Origin: an uncultured virus (IMG/VR IMGVR_UViG_3300042881_004667)
Lineage: Duplodnaviria; Heunggongvirae; Uroviricota; Caudoviricetes
Length of the DNA stretch: 64,000 nt
Virus record (IMG/VR): IMGVR_UViG_3300042881_004667
Strand: one strand, 5' to 3'
Position numbers and translations under genes: made by a program. Of the stretch, positions 45,685 to 54,255 are shown piece by piece. How positions within the stretch are numbered: position 1 is the stretch's first letter; each line of letters begins with the position of its first letter. The notes under the pieces were generated by a model, which was not told the DNA's origin, did no database searches, and was given only the letters and a program-made list of their open reading frames with translations.

Positions 45685-46323
45685 ATGTCTTTCGGTAGTG
45701 CTGTCAGTGGTGCCTCCAGTGGTGCGTTAGCAGGCATGTCGCTTGGCCCCTGGGGTGCGGCTGCAGGTGGTCTACTTGGCGGTCTTGGTGGCTTATTTGG
45801 CGGTGGCGGCCAATCTCTTGAGTATGGTTTAACGCCAAGGGAAGAAGAGCTTCAAGATTACGCCTTTAATCAAGTCCGCGCAACACCTCTTCGTAAACGT
45901 ACGATTCTTAATGAAGCAAGCAATTTAAGAAAAGGCGGAGATCGTGGTGCAGCAGAAGCATTGCTTGAAGGCTACGTTGATCGCTTCACCAACCCTGAGT
46001 TTATTGAAAAACGCTTAGCCAAAAGCTACAGTAAGCCTGTTAATTACTACGGTAAAAATTTTCAAGATATTGCCAGTAGTCTGTATAACCAACAAGGTGC
46101 TGGGTATAGTCCGCAAGATTATGATCGTTTTGTAAGTAAGGCAAAAGCAGAAAATATCAGAAGTGGTGCGGCATTTGAAAACCTACTTAAAGCAGACATG
46201 ATTGCCAGTGGGCGCGTAATGAGCGCTGATCAGCAAATGCTCTCAAATATCTTTGGTACACCAGAGAGAGACGCCTCTGGTAGACTAACAGGTAGATATG
46301 GTACACCTGTTTTAAACGCGTAG
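45685..46323 (+). CDS. putative ejection protein
   Basis: SGASSGALAGMSLGPWGAAAGGLLGGLGGLFGG glycine-zipper N-terminus. Confidence 0.7.
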   Translation: MSFGSAVSGASSGALAGMSLGPWGAAAGGLLGGLGGLFGGGGQSLEYGLTPREEELQDYAFNQVRATPLRKRTILNEASNLRKGGDRGAAEALLEGYVDRFTNPEFIEKRLAKSYSKPVNYYGKNFQDIASSLYNQQGAGYSPQDYDRFVSKAKAENIRSGAAFENLLKADMIASGRVMSADQQMLSNIFGTPERDASGRLTGRYGTPVLNA

Positions 46324-46333
46324 GTAATAACTA

Positions 46334-47038
46334 ATGGCACCGAAAAAACCAACAAAGATTTCAATTGGCGGTCAAAACTTTAACGTCGGCAATAAAGTAG
46401 GCTATGCCGAATTTGAAAAAATTGCAGCAGCAACTGGTAGACCTCTTTCCGATCTAAAAGAAACAATACTAAACAAAGGAGTTTCTTTAAACACCAGTGG
46501 GAAGAAGTACTACAATCAAAATGTAAATACTGTAAATCAAGCTGGGTCTGGCAGTGGACAAGGCAGTGGATCCGGAACAGAAGCAACAGGTATTCAAGTT
46601 ACTAACGCTGAGTTCCCTTGGGATAAATACGCTAATTTACAGGTAGAGCTTGGCGGAATTCAAGCAGGCGCTGCTACTGAAAGTGAAAGAATTCGAGGAT
46701 TATCTAATCAAGAGATTGCAAGGATTAATAAGGATGCGTCTAATTATGGTTATGATCGTCAGCTTGAAGGAACTAAGTACGCTACGGATTCCGAAGAGCG
46801 TTGGCGGCAAGCTGTTGCCACAATCGAGGGCGACAAGAAAGCGTCCCTCCAAAACATCATTAACGCCGGCTTAAAAGACGTAGCAGAGATTGAAGGTAGT
46901 TACTCGCTTAAAAACGTAGAAGCCAAAGGTAAATATGATACCCAGATAATGGGACTTAGGACGCAAGCCGACAAAGACATTGCCAAGATGGATGCCAATC
47001 AGAAAATGTACAATCTTCTTGGACTTGCCTTTGGTTAA
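46334..47038 (+). CDS. putative DNA-pilot-like helical protein
   Basis: QEIARINKDAS...TKYATD...ADKDIAKMDA repeats reminiscent of pilot proteins. Confidence 0.6.
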   Translation: MAPKKPTKISIGGQNFNVGNKVGYAEFEKIAAATGRPLSDLKETILNKGVSLNTSGKKYYNQNVNTVNQAGSGSGQGSGSGTEATGIQVTNAEFPWDKYANLQVELGGIQAGAATESERIRGLSNQEIARINKDASNYGYDRQLEGTKYATDSEERWRQAVATIEGDKKASLQNIINAGLKDVAEIEGSYSLKNVEAKGKYDTQIMGLRTQADKDIAKMDANQKMYNLLGLAFG

Positions 47039-47082
47039 GTCTGTTTATAATAATTAGATACCTACACATTGGGTTATAAAGA

Positions 47083-47262
47083 ATGACCAACGCTCTTACC
47101 GATACCGGTACTGACACCGCTACTAATTTTGACCTTGGTAACTTTGAGAAGCTCCTGGAGCGTCTTGAAGCATCGAAAGGTCGTCAGCAACGCCAGAAGT
47201 CCGTGGAAGGTCGTCGTGACATCTTCCAACAGGGTCTCGCTAGCATGATGTCCAACTTCTGA
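47083..47262 (+). CDS. small protein (59 aa, below the ORF-track cutoff)
   Basis: MTNALTDTGTDTATNFDLGNFEKLLERLEASKGRQQRQKSVEGRRDIFQQGLASMMSNF; codon usage like the capsid gene; upstream TATAAT. Confidence 0.7.
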   Translation: MTNALTDTGTDTATNFDLGNFEKLLERLEASKGRQQRQKSVEGRRDIFQQGLASMMSNF

Positions 47263-47282
47263 TCTTGAGGCATCTATAAGCC

Positions 47283-47537
47283 ATGACAACGTTGCCTCCC
47301 GGCCAAGTCAATACAACAACTGAGGACGACCCGTTTGATATTGACAAATATCGACAGGCCGCTGAAGTGGCTTATAGTTTCTCCAAGAAAAAATTAGAAG
47401 ATGCTGGAACCCAAGAACGCGAAACCATCGGCAAAGGTGCGTCTGAACAACGCACTTCCGCAGAGCAAAGCCAGCAGTTTAAAGACACCGAAGAAGCCCG
47501 AGACTACAACCAGGCGCAACGAGGCTATCGATATTGA
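47283..47537 (+). CDS. hypothetical protein
   Basis: 84-aa ORF. Confidence 0.65.
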   Translation: MTTLPPGQVNTTTEDDPFDIDKYRQAAEVAYSFSKKKLEDAGTQERETIGKGASEQRTSAEQSQQFKDTEEARDYNQAQRGYRY

Positions 47538-48027
47538 GTTGTTTGACCAGTGGGTCGACAACTTAACATCTTCAGATCAAGATGCATTTTGTAGTTTTGC
47601 TGAGGAAACTTTCTCGGTAATTGAATGCTATCTTTATGCCAGGTTTCTTGGCTATGGCGGTAGTATATCTGCGTGTGATCTATGGGTTAAATCCCATTAC
47701 AAAAAACCTGATCATCGCAAAAAACTCCTCTATGAAATTGAGGAGATGCAGGAAGATATCCGCAAGTTACGAGAAGACGTTGATAACGGCGTTGTAAAAC
47801 GCGATGCTGGCGTAGCACGTATCGCTGGTATGCAAAAAGAATTACGTGGCACCATTGCACAGATCGAACTATTTACGTCTAGCCGTGATCGCAAAGGATT
47901 GCTAATGGCCGGTGCAGATCGTGCCCTACGTGAATTACAAATCATTTTTAAGGATGACCCAATTGAAATTCCCTTGGAAGAAGCGTCCATGAGTATCTGG
48001 GCCAAAATGCAATACGAAGACAGTTAA
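47401..48027 (+). CDS. helical protein, candidate terminase small subunit (start uncertain)
   Basis: coiled-coil ORF near terL; positional inference only. Confidence 0.45.
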   Translation: MLEPKNAKPSAKVRLNNALPQSKASSLKTPKKPETTTRRNEAIDIELFDQWVDNLTSSDQDAFCSFAEETFSVIECYLYARFLGYGGSISACDLWVKSHYKKPDHRKKLLYEIEEMQEDIRKLREDVDNGVVKRDAGVARIAGMQKELRGTIAQIELFTSSRDRKGLLMAGADRALRELQIIFKDDPIEIPLEEASMSIWAKMQYEDS

Positions 48028-48041
48028 GTTAAAATACACAT

Positions 48042-48431
48042 ATGATGAATTCACCACAACCAACTACCGACCAAGGGAACGACGCAATGCTTGCTGGTAG
48101 CCTTGGCGCCGCTGTACAAAGGTTGCAAGAAAATCGCAATCGTTTTGGTGGACGACGTGAATTACAAGGAGCACCCATTGGTGGTGAAACTAAAAGTCCT
48201 GCAGCCGAAGGCGCAAGAGTATTGAGTGCAGTTGCAGAAACACGAAAGGAACAGTATGGAAACCAACCGCCAACAGCTCCCTCAAATCCTGGCACACCTC
48301 AAGGAACGGGAAGCCCGCAACCAGGACAACAGCCCAATGTCGGACAAAGACAAGCACCAAGCAGCGCTGGAAAAAGCACGCCAGTACCAAGCACAGAAGA
48401 AGAAAAACAAAAACGCCAACGAATGAAGTAG
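48042..48431 (+). CDS. Pro/Gln-rich hypothetical protein
   Basis: 129-aa ORF. Confidence 0.6.
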   Translation: MMNSPQPTTDQGNDAMLAGSLGAAVQRLQENRNRFGGRRELQGAPIGGETKSPAAEGARVLSAVAETRKEQYGNQPPTAPSNPGTPQGTGSPQPGQQPNVGQRQAPSSAGKSTPVPSTEEEKQKRQRMK

Positions 48432-48458
48432 TATTCAGTTATTAGCTGATTACTTATT

Positions 48459-49985
48459 GTGCCTGCATATCAACATCTTGCATATCGACGTAACGCGCAA
48501 GCTGCTGCACGTAGGCAACAAATTCGTGTACCACGTAATCTTGAATCTTTAAAGAAAGCAAGAGAAGACTTTGGGTATTTTTGTGATTATGTTGCGGACA
48601 AACCTCCGGCACAACATCACAAAGAATGGCATCGTCACTTTGTTACAGGTGAAGATAGTGCGTGTCTTTTAAAAATTGCAGGACCCAATGTTGATCTATT
48701 GGCACCACGGGGATCTGCTAAGTCCACAATCTTAGGTTTGTTCACGGCATGGGCTATTGGTCTTCATACACAAGCAAAGAAGCCACTGCAAATTCTTTAT
48801 CTCTCTTATACGGTTGACATTGCACGCTCTAAGTCAGCAACCATTAAACGCATCATTGAAAGCAAGCGTTACCAAGAAGTATTTCCAACCGTACGTCTTC
48901 TCAAGAACGTAACTAGCAATGAGTACTGGTCAATCGATCACAAGTTCGCTGGCATTGATACCACGGGCGAGGAACAATTCACACTGTGTGCCGCAGGTCT
49001 CAAAGGCTCAGTGACCTCCAAACGTTCACACCTGGTGATTATTGATGACGCCATTAAATCTGCCGCAGACATCTCCAACCCTGACATTCGTAAACAAATG
49101 CAGGACAACTGGAATGCCGTGATTGCACCCACCATGTTTGAAGGAGCTAGGGCTATTTGTCTTGGTACTCGCTTCAGGCATGATGATATTCATGCAACGA
49201 CATTTAACACGCAAAACAATTGGCTTCAGATTGTGTTATCTGCAATTCTTACTGATCCCAAGACGGGAGAAGAAGTATCGTATTGGCCAGACATGTGGTC
49301 ACTTGATTACTTAAAAGAGAAGAAACGACAAGCACCAATTGCCTTCTCGTTCCAGTACATGAATCAAGTCGTCAGACAAAACGAATTGTCCCTGGCACCA
49401 GAGCTGATTGTTAAAGCGGAGATTGCAACTGAATTTGATTGTCTTGCTGTAGGTGTTGACTTATCTGCGGGCACCAAAGAGAAGAATGACTACACCGTCA
49501 TGGTATTGGGTGGGCGTATTGGGGATCGCATTCATGTCATCGACTATCGTCGATTACGTGTCATGGGTAACCTTGAAAAACTCGATGCTCTCAAAGAACT
49601 CCTTAACGACTGGAACATCATTGGTCAAGATGACAATGGCAACTATTACCCAACATATTCAACGTGTGACATTTATTCAGAAGCTGTACAGTACCAAGCT
49701 TCTTTGGAAGCTGACTTTAAACGTGTCTGCTTAACTAACGAAGGTCTTTACAACTTAAATTGGCATCCCGTCAAAGGATTCCGAGCCGATAAATTAGCAC
49801 GTTTTCGTGGCTGCATGGGTTTATTTGAAGACCGTAAACTCATTTTTAATCGGTATCGCAACTTCACCGCGATGTTTGAAGAGCTGACAAACTTTGGTGT
49901 CAGCAGTCATGATGACTGCGTTGATGCTTTGGTCTGGATGATTAATGGGTTAATGCGCAAAGGAAAACTCCATGTCGATTACTAA
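48459..49985 (+). CDS. terL: terminase large subunit
   Basis: Walker A APRGSAKST, Walker B LVIIDD, GTRF, nuclease GVD...DYT and HDDCVDA. Confidence 0.92.
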   Translation: MPAYQHLAYRRNAQAAARRQQIRVPRNLESLKKAREDFGYFCDYVADKPPAQHHKEWHRHFVTGEDSACLLKIAGPNVDLLAPRGSAKSTILGLFTAWAIGLHTQAKKPLQILYLSYTVDIARSKSATIKRIIESKRYQEVFPTVRLLKNVTSNEYWSIDHKFAGIDTTGEEQFTLCAAGLKGSVTSKRSHLVIIDDAIKSAADISNPDIRKQMQDNWNAVIAPTMFEGARAICLGTRFRHDDIHATTFNTQNNWLQIVLSAILTDPKTGEEVSYWPDMWSLDYLKEKKRQAPIAFSFQYMNQVVRQNELSLAPELIVKAEIATEFDCLAVGVDLSAGTKEKNDYTVMVLGGRIGDRIHVIDYRRLRVMGNLEKLDALKELLNDWNIIGQDDNGNYYPTYSTCDIYSEAVQYQASLEADFKRVCLTNEGLYNLNWHPVKGFRADKLARFRGCMGLFEDRKLIFNRYRNFTAMFEELTNFGVSSHDDCVDALVWMINGLMRKGKLHVDY

Positions 49986-50010
49986 ACCTTAGAATTAGAA
50001 AAAAGCGAAT

Positions 50011-50313
50011 TTGGTCGTGGGGCCTGAATACATTGCTATCGGTTTAACGGCCGTTGTATCCGCTATTACCGGTGGTAGTTGGGTCGCAGGTAAAATTCTT
50101 GGAAGACAAAACGACCAGATCCAACAAGCTTTTAATTACATCGGCTCGCAGAAACGAAGGATTGACGTTTTGGAAGACGACTTAAAACGCATGCCTTTAG
50201 AGTACGTTCTTAAGGTAGACTTCCTAAGAGAAATCCAGCAAATGCACGATAACTTCAATCAAATCAACAATAAGCTTGATAAGCTAATGGAGAAATTGCT
50301 CGAATCAAAATGA
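50011..50313 (+). CDS. membrane-anchored coiled-coil protein
   Basis: N-terminal TM, then ...INNKLDKLMEKLL. Confidence 0.6.
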   Translation: MVVGPEYIAIGLTAVVSAITGGSWVAGKILGRQNDQIQQAFNYIGSQKRRIDVLEDDLKRMPLEYVLKVDFLREIQQMHDNFNQINNKLDKLMEKLLESK

Positions 50314-50492
50314 GTTACATTCTCGAAGTCCAAGAGGATGAAAATGGAGACCAGTACATCACGTTTCCCGACGAAGTAGTCGAAGAGCTAGGCTGGCAAG
50401 AAGGCGACGTACTTAATTGGGATGTCCGTGGCACCGGTATTATCATCACCAAAGTCAATGATGCCGCTGGCTACGAAGTTATAGAAGAGTAG
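50310..50492 (+). CDS. AbrB/MazE-like DNA-binding protein
   Basis: ITFPDEVVEELGWQEGDVLNW. Confidence 0.7.
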   Translation: MSYILEVQEDENGDQYITFPDEVVEELGWQEGDVLNWDVRGTGIIITKVNDAAGYEVIEE

Positions 50493-50519
50493 AATAGTCC
50501 CATAGCGGAAGTATTTAGA

Positions 50520-50930
50520 GTGCAGAACTATTTCACGCAGCCCGGTGGCTTTTACGGCACAGGTTTAGGTAATTCAGGAGCAATGGCCGCAAGTCCGTTT
50601 GATCCTCGTTTTCAAATTCCGGGTGCAAAGAATAAGGACAAGCCCATTCTTCCCGGTGAGAATCGCAAAAATATTGATGACGTCTATGGCCCAGGGCAGC
50701 CGCAGCCAATGCCAGGAGCCCCAGGATTCCCTCAGCTTCCGATGGCAGGTAGTCCGTTTGGTTCCAGCAATCTTTACGGTGCTATGGCGCAGATGGGTGG
50801 ACGCTATGACCCAAGTGCCCCAGGGAATGGTGCGGCGATGAGCTATCTACCTAACGGTGCAAACGCAGCAAACGCAACGTTTTATCGCGGCACTTTACCC
50901 GCAGGTTTCTCGAATATGACGGTTTCTTAA
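50520..50930 (+). CDS. Gly/Pro-rich hypothetical protein
   Basis: 136-aa ORF. Confidence 0.55.
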   Translation: MQNYFTQPGGFYGTGLGNSGAMAASPFDPRFQIPGAKNKDKPILPGENRKNIDDVYGPGQPQPMPGAPGFPQLPMAGSPFGSSNLYGAMAQMGGRYDPSAPGNGAAMSYLPNGANAANATFYRGTLPAGFSNMTVS

Positions 50931-50965
50931 AACCTGCTAGTATTACTCAATAACCAAAGCAAATA

Positions 50966-53245
50966 ATGGCGGACGCTAAAGCCAGACTTCAAGAAATTGT
51001 CAACGCTTATCTTGATCGAGATAGTGGCGTTGTTGTAGACACAGGCATTGTTGCGTCCCATATTGCACAGATGAAACTCTTTGGTATTCGCCAAGGAGTT
51101 GAATTCTTCCCATCCCAAGATAACTTCGGTTCACAGCGTAAAGACTTCCTTGATCGCGTTTGCAAATACAACAAACTTGATACGAGACTTGATTCCATTT
51201 GGGAGTATTTCATCTGTGATGGCCAAGGACTTTTTTACATCCGTCCTACTAAAAATAATTACCGTCTATATTATTTCCGTAAACACGAATATCGTTCCTA
51301 TTACAACGTTGATGGCGAACTGGACGAAGTTGTAATCATCTACAGCTATAAGGTGCGCAAGGCCATGAATGGCTTTGGTGACATCCAGATGAAAAGTCTT
51401 ACCAATACTCCCGGCGTCAACAACGCTTATAGCCCTGGAGCAAAAAGGTACATTCGTTTGTCAATCAAAGCAGATTCAATTGAAGAGACTCATTCTGAAT
51501 CTGAACTTAACTTTGACATGCCCACGTACACCTTAACGGGTGATACCAAAAAGTTCCCAAATACACTTAACTTCATTCCCTGTGTTGAAATCACCAACAA
51601 TCCTCAGGGCTTCTCCGCAGAAGGACATGGTGACTTTGACGCACTAGCCAATGCCATTTGTACGCACGATGAATTGATGCGTACGATGCGTAAGAACATC
51701 ACGTTCTTTGGTAACCCAACGCTGTTGTCATCGCGTCCCAAAACCGACCTCATGGAGTCCGGTGGAGACATGGCGATCCAACGTCCTTCGATTGCCGCTA
51801 ACTCAGGGTTTGCTAGCCAATCACCCATGAGTGCATCCATGTTCAAGGCTGATCCCGTCAGTCGTGGTATGGAAGCTCAGATCAGAGTGCCACGCGTTAT
51901 TGCGAACCTGGAGCCAAACGACCGAGTTGGTTATATCGTTCCCGACGCAATCACGGGAGACCAAAACGCATTTGGTCGACAGTATCGAGAAGAGATACGT
52001 ACGGCACTTGGTGGTGTTGACGAGCTTTCTATTTCCGCAGGCGTTACTGCTACTGAATACAAATCACTGTTTGGTCGTGTTGCGGCAACAACAAAGAAGA
52101 AAGCAAACGCTATTTATGAGCATGGTATTTGTCGGTGCTTCGAATTAATCATCTACCAAGAAGAACAGATCTTTAAAACAACGCTAGCTCAAGCTGCAAA
52201 ACTTGAGAAGCCAGTTCCCTTGGAACCTAGTGCACCTGAGGAACAACAAGCGCTATACAAGGAAGCCATGCAGATGTACGAGCAAAAGCTCAAACAAATC
52301 ATGATGGCATGCATCGAAACACAGATGATTCCGCCTAATGTGGTGGGGTTAATTCCAGACGGAGACATAACAGTTCTGTGGCGCTGGCTAGGCCCTGTTT
52401 ATGAGGACTCGACGCAAGATATTCTTAACAACTCAATTGTTGTAAGAAACCTTCAAGAGTTAGGGGTTGATAGCATTGAAGCACTGAAATATCTTTTCCC
52501 ATCTAAAACAGATGAGGAAAGAGCGGAAATGCTATCAGGCTTTCCGTTCAGGATGGTGAACGAATTGCAGGGTGCATACGCTGCATTTTCTAAACTAGTG
52601 GGGGGCATGATGCAGACTCCTCACCCGCAAGCACCGGATCTTCCGATGGCTGCGGATCCAAGATTGGATTTAACGCCATATCTGTATCGAACTTTAGAAG
52701 CTTTACAAAAGGAGATGAGTTATGCAGGACGCTACCGTCCAATCGATCCCACAGACGAGCCAAGTTCCGGCAGCGGTGGCTCCAAGCAGCTACGTGGTGC
52801 CGAGCTACCAAGCAGCTCCAGCAGCTCCAGTGGGACAACCAGCCCCGTATCAGGTGGGTACGAGCTACCCCCAAGCAGTACCACAGGCGGCCCCCAATTA
52901 CCAATCAAACCCGTCTCAGTACGCCCCCCAATCCCCATCGGAGACGACGGGCAATCCATGGGAATCGGCGTTCAACAAGGTGGTGGGCCTTCTGAGCAGC
53001 CCAGTTCAATCCCCGTTCCAGGGTCAACCGTCAGCACCGACGACCTACAGTCCGGCCAATTACGGACAAACGAACGGCCAAAGTACGTATCAATCGGCTC
53101 CGCAGACTTGGCAAGCCAACCAGACATACTCGCCCAGCTCTTCCCAAACCTCTTCGACTCCCTCCACGGAAATCGACAGCCAAACGCTGAGTCAGGTAGT
53201 AGCGGATCGTCTAGATCTAAGCAACGAAAGCCGGTTCGTAATTAA
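50966..53245 (+). CDS. portal protein with long overlapping C-terminal extension
   Basis: size and position between terL and scaffold/MCP; helical character. Confidence 0.7.
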   Translation: MADAKARLQEIVNAYLDRDSGVVVDTGIVASHIAQMKLFGIRQGVEFFPSQDNFGSQRKDFLDRVCKYNKLDTRLDSIWEYFICDGQGLFYIRPTKNNYRLYYFRKHEYRSYYNVDGELDEVVIIYSYKVRKAMNGFGDIQMKSLTNTPGVNNAYSPGAKRYIRLSIKADSIEETHSESELNFDMPTYTLTGDTKKFPNTLNFIPCVEITNNPQGFSAEGHGDFDALANAICTHDELMRTMRKNITFFGNPTLLSSRPKTDLMESGGDMAIQRPSIAANSGFASQSPMSASMFKADPVSRGMEAQIRVPRVIANLEPNDRVGYIVPDAITGDQNAFGRQYREEIRTALGGVDELSISAGVTATEYKSLFGRVAATTKKKANAIYEHGICRCFELIIYQEEQIFKTTLAQAAKLEKPVPLEPSAPEEQQALYKEAMQMYEQKLKQIMMACIETQMIPPNVVGLIPDGDITVLWRWLGPVYEDSTQDILNNSIVVRNLQELGVDSIEALKYLFPSKTDEERAEMLSGFPFRMVNELQGAYAAFSKLVGGMMQTPHPQAPDLPMAADPRLDLTPYLYRTLEALQKEMSYAGRYRPIDPTDEPSSGSGGSKQLRGAELPSSSSSSSGTTSPVSGGYELPPSSTTGGPQLPIKPVSVRPPIPIGDDGQSMGIGVQQGGGPSEQPSSIPVPGSTVSTDDLQSGQLRTNERPKYVSIGSADLASQPDILAQLFPNLFDSLHGNRQPNAESGSSGSSRSKQRKPVRN

Positions 53246-53705
53246 TAATTACGGCTGGGAAGCACCAGCAATCCTTAACCAATACGCCCTTAATCTTGAG
53301 GGTATGTTGGATAGTGCTGTTGCATGGGGCCAACAAGCACAAGGTCTGTTAACTGGCTATGCCAGTTTTGCAGTTAACGAGCACCAAGAGAATCTTGCAT
53401 ACAATGAAATCCTGACGAACCCTGATGTTCTCAGTGATTACACCCTGCACTTCTTTGGTCCTGAAGGTCCGTGCCCTGTGTACGAAAGTGAGACCGAACT
53501 TGAGACCCCTGGTTATCGCACGGCACCAATCGATTCGGTAAATCCGTACATGCCGGCACCTCCTTCGGCGTCTGCTCCTCAACGCCCTGAGAATTTCTGG
53601 GGCAGCTTCAAGCAACAAATGGATGTAGATCCTACGAACGCTTGGCGTTTACTGAACCAAGCTCAACCTCAAGTTGTTGCAAACAAATTGTTTGTGATGG
53701 AGTGA
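52722..53705 (+). CDS. probable capsid scaffolding protein
   Basis: AGGAG RBS; Pro/Gln/Ser-rich N-terminus and helical core; upstream of MCP. Confidence 0.6.
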   Translation: MQDATVQSIPQTSQVPAAVAPSSYVVPSYQAAPAAPVGQPAPYQVGTSYPQAVPQAAPNYQSNPSQYAPQSPSETTGNPWESAFNKVVGLLSSPVQSPFQGQPSAPTTYSPANYGQTNGQSTYQSAPQTWQANQTYSPSSSQTSSTPSTEIDSQTLSQVVADRLDLSNESRFVINNYGWEAPAILNQYALNLEGMLDSAVAWGQQAQGLLTGYASFAVNEHQENLAYNEILTNPDVLSDYTLHFFGPEGPCPVYESETELETPGYRTAPIDSVNPYMPAPPSASAPQRPENFWGSFKQQMDVDPTNAWRLLNQAQPQVVANKLFVME

Positions 53706-53709
53706 GGTC

Positions 53710-54156
53710 ATGAAGCTAGCCGGTAAATTTAATCCGTTACTTTCAAAGGGTAAAGTGGCATTAATGAATGCAGCAATGGACCCTACACTGTCCACTCTTG
53801 GTGCAGGTGCCGCCGCTGCAGGTCTTGCCACCCTTGGAAACGTTGTTACCGGCCAAGCACAAGAAAAAAGTCCCGGTCGTCTAATTGCGGAAGCGTTAGG
53901 CGCCGGTACTTTAGGTGCAGGAGTAGGGGCAACTCTTGGGCCAGGCTACATGAGTAGGCTTGTTAAGGCTGGCTCTACTAGTCCCAAGGCTGAGTTTGCA
54001 CTTGGCACTGGATTAGGTGTTCTTGGTGCAGGCGCACTTGGTGGCACGATTGGCGGCGGTGTTATGAACGTCATTCAAGGCGAGGATCCAGAGCGTTATG
54101 GATCCAGCAATACCTTGATGGCACGTACTGCCACACCAACTTTGCAGTATATGTAG
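53710..54156 (+). CDS. Gly/Ala-rich hydrophobic protein
   Basis: 148 aa, glycine-zipper segments. Confidence 0.65.
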   Translation: MKLAGKFNPLLSKGKVALMNAAMDPTLSTLGAGAAAAGLATLGNVVTGQAQEKSPGRLIAEALGAGTLGAGVGATLGPGYMSRLVKAGSTSPKAEFALGTGLGVLGAGALGGTIGGGVMNVIQGEDPERYGSSNTLMARTATPTLQYM

Positions 54157-54255
54157 ACGTTTAAGTCTAGTACCTGCTAAAATTTGTGTTAGATAAGACA
54201 CATGTGTCTTTATCTTTCACCCGATAAAAACACTGACACTGGAGGATAAACCAAG

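Noticed and set aside
47385..47537. Programmed frameshift joining ORFs 47283 and 47401
   Set aside because: An A-run is present, but the second frame has a TAG right after it, before its ATG; no supporting structure seen.
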